This document shows positions 26,828 through 35,885 of a stretch of DNA of 54,345 nucleotides, piece after piece. Each line of letters opens with the position of its first letter. Position 1 is the first letter of the stretch. The notes under the pieces are model-generated. The model was not told the origin of the DNA and made no database searches. It saw nothing but the letters and a program-made list of their open reading frames with translations. Position numbers and translations under genes: made by a program. Source of the DNA: Candidatus Parcubacteria bacterium (GTDB taxonomy: Bacteria > Patescibacteriota > Minisyncoccia > Phycocordibacterales > UBA918); the NCBI GenBank assembly GCA_039799085.1, contig JBDLTL010000003.1, positions 1-54,345 on the forward strand, given 5' to 3'.

Positions 26828-28345
26828 ATGTCAATTGCGCGCGTTACTACGGTGCAACCCCACGTACTGGCGGGCACTATTGTTACCATAGAAGCCGACA
26901 TCTCACGTGGGCTTCATGCTTTTTCGATTGTTGGTCTCGCTGGAAAAGCGATAGATGAATCAAAGGACCGAGTAGGGAGCGCTATTAAGCACTCTGGTTT
27001 TGCCTCACCAAAAACAAAAAATCAAAAAATTGTCATTTCGCTTTCGCCAGCTGACATAAAGAAGGAAGGACCGCTCTTTGATCTTCCTATCGCAATAGCC
27101 TATCTCATAGCTGCTGAAGAGATTGTCACAGACCATGCAGAGCGTATCTTTATTGGCGAACTTGGTCTTGATGGAACACTCAGAAAAGTACGCGGTGTTC
27201 TTAACTGCATCAAGGCCGCAAAAGCTGCTGGTTATGCGGAAGTGATTGTTCCACTTGAAAACGCGGCCGAAGCTGCGCTCGTAACTGATATCACCATTTT
27301 TCCAGCCAAAAACTTGCGTGAGGTGATTGAGCACATAGCCACTGACCCTACGAGCAAGAAGCTCATTGCACAACCTCCCACACATATCGAAGAGGGGTGG
27401 TATGAAAGCACAATTACCCTCGAAGACATCAAGGGACAAGAATCGGCCAAGCGTGCACTCACCATTGCAGCTGCTGGGAGGCACAATGTGATGTTTGTTG
27501 GACCACCAGGAACAGGGAAGACCATGCTTGCTCGTGCTCTGCGAGGACTTTTGCCCCCACTTACTCGAGAGGAAGCATTGGCAGTGACAGCCATCCATTC
27601 GCTTGTTGGAAATGATGTACAAATTTCTTCTAGACCACCATTTCGTTCGCCACATCACACAGCATCGCACACTGCTCTCGTAGGTGGTGGGAGTAACCCA
27701 CGACCAGGTGAAGTGACACTCGCTCACCACGGAGTTCTATTCATGGATGAGTTTCCTGAGTTTGAGAGACGATCTCTCGATGCGCTCCGACAGCCACTCG
27801 AGGATAGAGTTGTAACCATTTCACGCGTACAAGGAACGGCAGAGTTTCCAGCTGATTTTATTTTGGTCGCCGCTCTCAATCCGTATCGAGGTACCGAAGA
27901 TGGCACGGCTGACCTCGCCAGAGCAATGCAAGAAACATATAAAAATAAAGTCTCTGGCCCAATTCTCGATCGTATTGATCTTTGGGTTGAAGTTCCACAT
28001 GTCGACTACGAAACTCTGACCAGTCTAAAGACTGAAACAGGGGAGACAAAGAAAGCGCGCGAAGAGGTCACCCTGGCGCGCGAGCGCATGCTCGCGCGCC
28101 AGGGTGACCTGCAGTCACTCCCAAGCACTAATAGCAATCTCTCCGCCAGAAACATCGAGCAAAGTATTACCTTACGTGAGGACGTGAAAGAAATTCTTAA
28201 GCTTTCAAGCGCCAAACTCAACCTGTCTCCACGAAGCTACCACCGACTTATCAAAGTCTCACGCACCATTGCTGATTTAGCAGATAGCGAACACATTGAG
28301 GCAACTCATGTTCTTGAGGCACTCCAGTACCGAACACCGGTATAA
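26828..28345 (+). CDS. comM: ComM/YifB Mg-chelatase-like AAA+ helicase
   Basis: LSPADIKKEG..FDLPIA, GPPGTGKTMLA, PFRSPHH, GEVTLAH.GVLFMDE, RTIADL. Confidence 0.93.
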   Translation: MSIARVTTVQPHVLAGTIVTIEADISRGLHAFSIVGLAGKAIDESKDRVGSAIKHSGFASPKTKNQKIVISLSPADIKKEGPLFDLPIAIAYLIAAEEIVTDHAERIFIGELGLDGTLRKVRGVLNCIKAAKAAGYAEVIVPLENAAEAALVTDITIFPAKNLREVIEHIATDPTSKKLIAQPPTHIEEGWYESTITLEDIKGQESAKRALTIAAAGRHNVMFVGPPGTGKTMLARALRGLLPPLTREEALAVTAIHSLVGNDVQISSRPPFRSPHHTASHTALVGGGSNPRPGEVTLAHHGVLFMDEFPEFERRSLDALRQPLEDRVVTISRVQGTAEFPADFILVAALNPYRGTEDGTADLARAMQETYKNKVSGPILDRIDLWVEVPHVDYETLTSLKTETGETKKAREEVTLARERMLARQGDLQSLPSTNSNLSARNIEQSITLREDVKEILKLSSAKLNLSPRSYHRLIKVSRTIADLADSEHIEATHVLEALQYRTPV

Positions 28346-28353
28346 TAATCTCC

Positions 28354-29109
28354 ATGAAGGACTACATATCTACCACACTAATACTTCTCACCCTCATCAC
28401 TGCTCTCTTTGTTTGGCAAAATGAGAGCACCGAGAAATTAAACTCCTTGAAATTTTCTAACACCCAAACCTGGGATGAAACGCTCCTAAAGGCAAGTCTT
28501 GAGAAGACAGTAATTGTTGAGGCTGCCTATGGAAAAATGCACCTTCCTGAAGCTCCCATTAACAAATCCTCGACCACACGGCGAGAACTTGAAGATCTAC
28601 ACATGATGGTTTCGCTCCGAACACCGGAAATCCTTGAAAGAATCAACGCTGAACAGAAGCTTGTCGGTTCAGTCATGGGTCCTTACACGTACGCAGAGAT
28701 AATAAGCACCAGCACCCATCCACACACTTCATTCTTTATCCAGAAACCACTATATGAGCTGTCGGTTCTCACCATGCGATTCAAAAAGAGGTTCGATAGG
28801 GTTAGGCCGAGCTATCTTGACACCTCTCTTACCACAGCCATTACAGTCCCGGAACATCCCGCATACCCAAGCGGACACTCAACCCAAGCTCACTTCATTG
28901 CACTTTTAATGAGCGAGCTTGACCCCGAGCATCGAGATGCCTACTGGGAAAGTGCTGAACGTATTGCCAAAGGAAGGGAAATTGCAGGAGTACACTATCC
29001 GTCCGATTCGGAAGCGGGGAAAATCTTAGCACAGCAGTACTTTGCGCTTTTACAGAAAACACCTTGGTACCAAACGTACTTTAAACTTGCAAAGGGGGAA
29101 TGGGAATAG
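28354..29109 (+). CDS. PAP2 family phosphatase
   Basis: K......RP, YPSGH, R...GVHYPSD motifs. Confidence 0.88.
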   Translation: MKDYISTTLILLTLITALFVWQNESTEKLNSLKFSNTQTWDETLLKASLEKTVIVEAAYGKMHLPEAPINKSSTTRRELEDLHMMVSLRTPEILERINAEQKLVGSVMGPYTYAEIISTSTHPHTSFFIQKPLYELSVLTMRFKKRFDRVRPSYLDTSLTTAITVPEHPAYPSGHSTQAHFIALLMSELDPEHRDAYWESAERIAKGREIAGVHYPSDSEAGKILAQQYFALLQKTPWYQTYFKLAKGEWE

Positions 29110-29144
29110 AAAAAACTGAGCTCACGCTCAGTTTTTTCTTCAAT

Positions 29145-30170
29145 CTAAAATGGATTCTTTCCGCCGCGAACCTCGAAGTGGAGATGGGTTCCTGTCGACT
29201 TTCCGGTGTTACCCATACCACCAATCGTTTGTCCCTGCTCTACGTACTCACCAGAACCGACAGAGAGACTTGAGAGGTGAGCGTACAGCGTCTGCGTCCC
29301 GTTGTTGTGCTTGACTACAACGTAACTGCCGTACCCACCGTTCCATCCAGAAGCCTTAGCTACGATTACTTGTCCACCAGCCGCTGCACGGATAGCAGAG
29401 CCGGTACTGCCGGCAAGGTCAACCGCGTTGTAGCCGTGAATACCCTGAGTCTTAACTGACCCCGGGGCAGGATGAGAGAAACCAATACTTGAGCTACCTC
29501 CAGCTGAACCGCCACCTGACTTTGTCTTACCAGACGTCTTTGCTGGTGACGCATGAAGTGTTCCACCTGGAATAATAAGGGTATCTCCGACTGCGAGCTC
29601 ACTCGCTGTTGCAAGCTGGTTGAATGAGAGAATCTCATCAACATCACCTTCGTACTTCTTCGCAATAGAGTTGATACTGTCTCCACTCTTTACGATATGA
29701 CGAATACCAGCAATAGGGAGAATAACAAGCGTGTCACCTGGCTGAATGCCCGTGCTCTTTGGGATGTCATTTGCCCACATAATAGTGTTGGCTGTAACGC
29801 CAAACATGTCAGCTACTTGTGAAAGTGAGTCGCCCTCGCGTACGGTGTATACACTAATCTCGCCAGTGTTGGTACCATGCGCAGCAATCTCGTCTTCACC
29901 GATTGGACCGGTTGATACGAGCGCATTCTCATCAACCACAATATCCGAACCTCCACGACCAGCGAGTGGATCTGGATTCTGCTGCGCCGCAAGAAGAGGA
30001 ACATCCGTCGGACTATCATGTGCAGGGAGCACTATCGGAGCAGAAGACGTTGCAGATTCATCAGCAAAAATATCAGGGAAAATACCAGCATGTACAGACA
30101 CTGGGATAGCAACGACGAGTAAAGAAAAGACCATCTCGAGGGCGAGCTGGATTCGGGCCTTAGTGGCCAA
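29145..30170 (-). CDS. LysM-repeat M23 peptidase
   Basis: signal peptide, two LysM domains, H....D and HLH M23 motifs; TTG start uncertain. Confidence 0.9.
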   Translation of the reverse strand: MATKARIQLALEMVFSLLVVAIPVSVHAGIFPDIFADESATSSAPIVLPAHDSPTDVPLLAAQQNPDPLAGRGGSDIVVDENALVSTGPIGEDEIAAHGTNTGEISVYTVREGDSLSQVADMFGVTANTIMWANDIPKSTGIQPGDTLVILPIAGIRHIVKSGDSINSIAKKYEGDVDEILSFNQLATASELAVGDTLIIPGGTLHASPAKTSGKTKSGGGSAGGSSSIGFSHPAPGSVKTQGIHGYNAVDLAGSTGSAIRAAAGGQVIVAKASGWNGGYGSYVVVKHNNGTQTLYAHLSSLSVGSGEYVEQGQTIGGMGNTGKSTGTHLHFEVRGGKNPF

Positions 30171-30518
30171 GGTATGGTACTGATGACTTACGAGTGCAAG
30201 TTTGGTATCAGTGTTTTTTGTGAAGGGTTGAATACAGGTTTCGTTAAGGTCTCACCGCCAGTCATCCGCTACGTCCGTGCTAGAAAGGAAAAGGAGCATT
30301 ACGCTCCGTGTCATACCTCAATGTGGTATGGCAGTATTGTACCGGAGACAACCCGGAAGACAATTGACGTAATTCACTTTTTCTCGTCACCAGAAATACC
30401 TCGCAAAGAACCTTGTATTACGGCTTAATTTTACTATTGTCTTAGCTTGATATTCATTGTGTAGTGTAATCCCCGGATAGGCCCTCCCTCGCAAACCGCC
30501 ATGGTATAGTGTCCGCAC

Positions 30519-32477
30519 ATGAGCGAACCCACCCCCTACCTTGAAGGACTTAATACACAACAATTCGAAGCCGTTACTCATACCGAGGGTCCGCTAATGG
30601 TACTTGCTGGTGCTGGCTCGGGAAAAACTCGCGTTATCACACACCGCATTGTTCACCTTATCCATCAAGGTGTACACCCTCGCAACATCCTAGCGGTAAC
30701 GTTCACCAACAAAGCCGCCAAAGAAATGCGTGAACGTGTCACTGCACTTATTCATAAATTCCCACCTTCCGATCGCTCAGTTCTTGATGGACACCCAACC
30801 GTTACCACGTTCCACTCCCTCGGAGTCCATATTTTGCGCGAGTTTCATGAAGCAATGAATCTTCGTCGGCATTTCACGATTTATGACCGAGCAGACAGCC
30901 TTCGCGCGGTGAAACAAGCACTCGAACGCGCCAACTACAACCCAAAAGAATTCGAACCCCGTCGTATTCTTGGAATGATTTCACGAGCCAAAGGCGATGC
31001 AATGACACAGCTTGCGTACCAAGATGCAGCCAGCTCATATCCCGAACAAGTCGCAGCTGCAACATGGGAAAAGTACGAGGCCATTCTCACAGAAGAACAA
31101 GCACTCGACTTTGACGACCTCCTTGCAAAGACACTACGTCTCCTGGAAAACAATCCTCAGGTACGAAGTGAGCTCCAGACACGTTTCAAATATATTCATG
31201 TTGATGAGTACCAAGACACCAACAAAGTGCAATTTGCTATCGTAGAACTTTTGACTGACGAAAACAAAAATATCTGTGTCGTGGGCGACATCGACCAAAA
31301 CATCTACTCATGGCGTGGTGCTGATATCAAAAACGTCCTTCAGTTTGAACGTCATTTCCCTGGAGCAACCACGGTACTTCTTGAAGAAAACTACCGCTCA
31401 ACCCAAACCATCATCGCGGCTTCAAACGACGTCATCAAGAAAAACCAAAACCGTGTGGAGAAAAATGTCTTCACGAATAACCAAGAAGGGGAGAAGATCA
31501 CTCTCTACGCGGCCATGACTGGTACCGACGAAGCAGAGTACATCGCCCTGACCGCTCGCTCCCTTATCGCAGACGGGGCCGACCCTTCAGGTATCGCCGT
31601 GCTCTACCGCACTAATTTCCAATCACGCTCACTTGAGGAAGCGTTTCTCAACTTTGAAGTACCGTACCAGCTCCTTGGGACAAAGTTCTTTGAACGTAAG
31701 GAAGTAAAAGATGTGCTTTCGTACCTTCGTCTAGCACTTAATCCTGGAAGTAATGCCGACCTAGCGAGAGTGGTAAATGAACCAGCTCGCGGAATTGGTA
31801 AAGTCACACTTCTTAAACTCATCGAAGGAAAACGAAGCGAGCTCAACAAAGGCGCGCTTGAGAAATTGGCTGGCTTTGACGCCATTATGCAAGATATCGA
31901 AATGACAGCGACTGAAAAACCTTTGTCAGAAACGATAAAATTCATCATGCGGCGCAGCGGCATTGAAGGCGCATACAAACAAGAGGGGACTGAGGAAGCG
32001 CTTGAACGACTTGAGAACCTGCGCGAACTCGTGACGTTGGCAGCACGTTATGATCACTTACCTCCAACTGAGGCCGTTGAGCTCCTTCTAGAAAGCGCGG
32101 CTCTGCAAAGTGACCAGGATGAAATTAAAGACAGGGAAGAATTGAACGCCGTACGTCTTATGACTGTCCATGCTGCTAAGGGCCTTGAGTTTCCTTACGT
32201 GTTTATTGCTGGTCTCGAGCAGGGACTCTTCCCACACGAACGACTTGATGACGGAAAAATAGACAATGAGGAAGAGCGTCGACTCTTTTACGTTGCGCTT
32301 ACTCGAGCAGAAAAGAAAGTCTTTCTTACGTACGCGCACATGCGTACCATCTTCGGCAGCCAACATGTCAACGTTCCTTCAATTTTCCTAAACGATATCA
32401 GCAAGGAGCACGTGGAGAGTGGCAATCCAGGTGGGGGACACAATTCGGGATACGAGACAACGATTTATTTGGATTAA
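30519..32477 (+). CDS. pcrA: UvrD/PcrA DNA helicase
   Basis: AGAGSGKT, TFTNKAA, DEYQD, ENYRS, EEERRLFYVALTRA. Confidence 0.96.
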   Translation: MSEPTPYLEGLNTQQFEAVTHTEGPLMVLAGAGSGKTRVITHRIVHLIHQGVHPRNILAVTFTNKAAKEMRERVTALIHKFPPSDRSVLDGHPTVTTFHSLGVHILREFHEAMNLRRHFTIYDRADSLRAVKQALERANYNPKEFEPRRILGMISRAKGDAMTQLAYQDAASSYPEQVAAATWEKYEAILTEEQALDFDDLLAKTLRLLENNPQVRSELQTRFKYIHVDEYQDTNKVQFAIVELLTDENKNICVVGDIDQNIYSWRGADIKNVLQFERHFPGATTVLLEENYRSTQTIIAASNDVIKKNQNRVEKNVFTNNQEGEKITLYAAMTGTDEAEYIALTARSLIADGADPSGIAVLYRTNFQSRSLEEAFLNFEVPYQLLGTKFFERKEVKDVLSYLRLALNPGSNADLARVVNEPARGIGKVTLLKLIEGKRSELNKGALEKLAGFDAIMQDIEMTATEKPLSETIKFIMRRSGIEGAYKQEGTEEALERLENLRELVTLAARYDHLPPTEAVELLLESAALQSDQDEIKDREELNAVRLMTVHAAKGLEFPYVFIAGLEQGLFPHERLDDGKIDNEEERRLFYVALTRAEKKVFLTYAHMRTIFGSQHVNVPSIFLNDISKEHVESGNPGGGHNSGYETTIYLD

Positions 32478-32608
32478 AAAACGCTTCCTAGTGGTTCCTC
32501 AGGACACGAATAAAGTTCTCCGCTCGAGACGGCTTCCTATCAAGACGCTTCGCATCTTGATAGGAAGCCTGCTCAGCGAGGCCCTTCAAAACCACTAGGA
32601 GGTGTTTG
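32478..32608. repeat. composite inverted-repeat element (MITE/REP-like)
   Basis: outer AAACGCTTCCTAGTGGTT / AACCACTAGGAGGTGTTT; inner GGCTTCCTATCAAGA / TCTTGATAGGAAGCC. Confidence 0.7.
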
Positions 32609-32642
32609 CTAGTTTTCACGTAATACCGTACCGTACTCATAC

Positions 32643-33446
32643 ATGAGTGAAAAATTCGAACACAAAAAGTCTCTCGGGCAAAATTTCCTGAAAAATGACT
32701 ACGCTCCGAAGAAAATGTGTGACGCCGCCAATCTCACAAAAGGGGAGACGGTTCTTGAAATCGGCCCAGGCACCGGTGCTCTCACTAAGGAAATCTTGGC
32801 TCGGGGCGCAAACGTGATAGCCCTTGAGGCTGACCTTCGCGCCATCGAGTCTCTTGAAACTGCCTTTCCCGCCGAAATAGCGAGCGGTCAGCTCATGATT
32901 CACCACAAAGACGCTCGAGTAATTCCGTTTTCTGAACTTGGCCTTAAAGACCAAAACTATACCGTCATTGCCAATATCCCATACTACCTATCAGGACTCC
33001 TTTTCCGAAGTATTCTCGAATCAGAGATTCAGCCACATACCCTTGTTTTTCTCGTTCAAAAAGAGGTAGCGACCAGAATTGCTCGTGAAAAGAAAGAGTC
33101 TCTTCTTTCTCTTGGTGTAAAAGCTTTTGGAACTCCTACATATATATGTACGGTGGGGCGGGGGCACTTCGTGCCCCCGCCCAAAGTCGACTCCGCCATC
33201 ATCGCCATACGTGGCATTTCTCGCGCAAAATTCAAAAACCTTTCAATACCAGCGTTTTTTGAGCTTCTCCACCTTGGCTTTGGTCAAAAGCGCAAACAGC
33301 TAGTCGGGAATTTGAGCGAAAGGTACTCTAGAGTGACTATCGAAGCGGCCCTTTCTTCACTATCACTTCGCAGTGACATACGAGCGGAGGATATTTCTAT
33401 CGACATGTGGATTTCTCTTGCTACTATCCTTATATCCACAGAGTAA
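32643..33446 (+). CDS. rsmA: 16S rRNA dimethyladenosine transferase
   Basis: KKSLGQNFL, EIGPGTG, ANIPY, F.PPPKVDSA. Confidence 0.96.
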   Translation: MSEKFEHKKSLGQNFLKNDYAPKKMCDAANLTKGETVLEIGPGTGALTKEILARGANVIALEADLRAIESLETAFPAEIASGQLMIHHKDARVIPFSELGLKDQNYTVIANIPYYLSGLLFRSILESEIQPHTLVFLVQKEVATRIAREKKESLLSLGVKAFGTPTYICTVGRGHFVPPPKVDSAIIAIRGISRAKFKNLSIPAFFELLHLGFGQKRKQLVGNLSERYSRVTIEAALSSLSLRSDIRAEDISIDMWISLATILISTE

Positions 33447-33549
33447 TCAACACGTTATTCTGAGACTTACCGACGCACTATCCACGCGATACACACCTTT
33501 TGTGAACAGCTTCAAGAAAGACTCGCTCTGACTGCTATACTGAATGTAT

Positions 33550-34443
33550 ATGTTAGGCAGATTGAACCCAAAAGTACTTGGCTCCGTTGTTGTTGGCGTT
33601 GCCTTGGTTGCCGGAGCTTACACGATTTCAAATTTTGGCGAACCGCGCATGCAGCAGCCAGCGAGTGTTTTGGAATCCCAAGCACCTGAGCGCGTTGCGA
33701 TCGCTGTCACCGATAAGGATGAAAACGGTGTGGAAGACTGGCGCGACCAGCTTATCCCAACCCAGCCTGCTGCTATGATTACATCATCAACCTCCTACGA
33801 GCTCCCGACAACCCTCACTGGCAAAATGAGTATTTCACTTCTTGAAAACTACACCCAATCAAAAATAAATGGGCCATTTGGAAACACCCAAGACGAAGTT
33901 GTGAGCCAGGCTCTTGATGAACTGAGTGAAGGGACTCGCCAAGAGCTCTATGACACAAAAGACGTAATAGTAATGGAAACATGGACAGACGAAGACATCA
34001 AAAACTACGCAAATGCCATGGCAGGCGCCATTTTGAACAATAATGTTAAAGGCGTAAAGCAAGAAGTTGCCATCATGTACGAAGCTGTTGTAAAAGGGGA
34101 TACAAAAAAAATAGAGGATCTTGCAGTAGTTACAGACATCTACAAAAGAACCCTCGATGACTCGCTTGCTGTCCCTGTACCAGCACTTTTATTGAAGCAA
34201 CACCTTGATCTCATCAACTCATATAGCGCGCTCTATGGTGACGTTGATGCGATGGCAAAAACTTTCTCTGACCCGGCGGCCACACTCATGCGCTTCAAGC
34301 GCTACCAAGACGACACTCTCGGTCTCCGTCTGTCACTGGAAAATATGTATGTGTCGCTTACCCCGTACGAAAACCTGTTTGGTACATCTGATTCGGCTAT
34401 ATTTTTTACTAGCTTCAACCCTAGCAATAATCGAGTTCAATAA
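33550..34443 (+). CDS. hypothetical membrane-anchored protein, first gene of the T4SS-like locus
   Basis: N-terminal TM, DKDENGVEDW Ca-binding-like loop; start 33544 or 33550. Confidence 0.7.
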   Translation: MLGRLNPKVLGSVVVGVALVAGAYTISNFGEPRMQQPASVLESQAPERVAIAVTDKDENGVEDWRDQLIPTQPAAMITSSTSYELPTTLTGKMSISLLENYTQSKINGPFGNTQDEVVSQALDELSEGTRQELYDTKDVIVMETWTDEDIKNYANAMAGAILNNNVKGVKQEVAIMYEAVVKGDTKKIEDLAVVTDIYKRTLDDSLAVPVPALLLKQHLDLINSYSALYGDVDAMAKTFSDPAATLMRFKRYQDDTLGLRLSLENMYVSLTPYENLFGTSDSAIFFTSFNPSNNRVQ

Positions 34444-34463
34444 GAACCATTAATTACACGAGT

Positions 34464-35879
34464 ATGGATACATTTTTCAAAAATTTAAAAAAAGGTCTAG
34501 TCTTCAGCATCATTTTGGTGTTTGCCTTCGTCTTTACATACGTACCACAAAACTTTAATGAGCCACCACAAGCACAGGCACTCGACTTCGACACTGATGT
34601 GATGGCAAACATTTCGACTGCTGTATCCGCCGCGGCCAATGTTACACTGACAACAAAAGACACTGTTCTCGATGGAATCTTCTATGCGATTGGAAAAACA
34701 ATTATCTCATCGCTTATTGGTAGCATTATCAATTGGGTAAACAGTGGCTTCGAGGGAAGCCCCGCCTTCGTCACTGACCTCAAGCGAAGTTTGCTTGAAT
34801 TTGCAGACCGAGCAGCAGGAGAGTTCATCAAAGGGCTTGGGGATGAGGGCTCGTTTATCTGTTCTCCATTCAGACTCAACATCCAAGTCGCCCTTGCGGT
34901 TGAATACCAGAGAGCTCGAGAAGGGAAGCCAATTGAGACCTGTACCCTCTCTGGCATCATAGATAACATCGAAGACTTCTATGAAGGCAACTTCGAGTCT
35001 GGTGGCTGGAAAGACTGGATTACTGTTACCTCCCGTCCCGAAAAATACACACCATATGGGCAGCTACTAACTGCACAGACAGCAATGCGAGCCGAACTCG
35101 TAAATGCAAAAGGTGAAAAACTTGTTGAAATAGACTGGGGTCAAGGATTCCTTTCTGGAAAAATTTGTGAAACAATCGAAGGTTCATCTGGACCAAAAGA
35201 GAATTGTACGATAACAAAGCCTGGTCGAGTTATCGCAGACACGCTCAATAAATCACTCGGGGCAGGACAAGACCAACTCATTGCTGCAGATGAAGTAAAT
35301 GAACTCATCGCCGCGCTTATTGGTCAACTTGCAAACCAAGCTATTGTTGGCACCGCTGGTCTTCTTGGACTCTCATCAGGCACAGGGCTTACATACGGTG
35401 GGTTTAGTGCAGGTTCCTACATAGACCAAGCAATTGCTCAGTCTTCTCAAATCGTTGGCAGCACAACTAAAAGTAGTTCAATGGACACAAGCGTCTTTAC
35501 AGAGTCGATTGACGTCCAAAATGATCTCATAGCTCTTGCAAACAACTACATCACCCGCCTGAACACTTACGCAAATAATAAAAATAATCCGGCAGATAAG
35601 CGTTCTAATGCACGCCTGTTTTCACAAAACGCAGCCACCGCTAGAGATAAGGCCATCGACCTCATCCCAAAGATAGAAAGCATTCGTAACGAGTACACAG
35701 CTCTAGAAGCTGAAAAGACCGCACTTGGGAATCAGCCCGCAACAGATAGTACGCGAGCTCGTCAGCAACAAATTGCCTTGCGTCAAGCGGACCTCTACAA
35801 TAACTTTATTAAACTAACACCATACTCTCGACAGCAACTCACTGACTTCGAAGAGGCGTGGAAATCCATCTTCATTTAG
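34464..35879 (+). CDS. exported/membrane T4SS-associated hypothetical protein
   Basis: signal ending AQA, INWVNSGFEGSPAFV, paired cysteines. Confidence 0.7.
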   Translation: MDTFFKNLKKGLVFSIILVFAFVFTYVPQNFNEPPQAQALDFDTDVMANISTAVSAAANVTLTTKDTVLDGIFYAIGKTIISSLIGSIINWVNSGFEGSPAFVTDLKRSLLEFADRAAGEFIKGLGDEGSFICSPFRLNIQVALAVEYQRAREGKPIETCTLSGIIDNIEDFYEGNFESGGWKDWITVTSRPEKYTPYGQLLTAQTAMRAELVNAKGEKLVEIDWGQGFLSGKICETIEGSSGPKENCTITKPGRVIADTLNKSLGAGQDQLIAADEVNELIAALIGQLANQAIVGTAGLLGLSSGTGLTYGGFSAGSYIDQAIAQSSQIVGSTTKSSSMDTSVFTESIDVQNDLIALANNYITRLNTYANNKNNPADKRSNARLFSQNAATARDKAIDLIPKIESIRNEYTALEAEKTALGNQPATDSTRARQQQIALRQADLYNNFIKLTPYSRQQLTDFEEAWKSIFI

Positions 35880-35885
35880 ACCATT

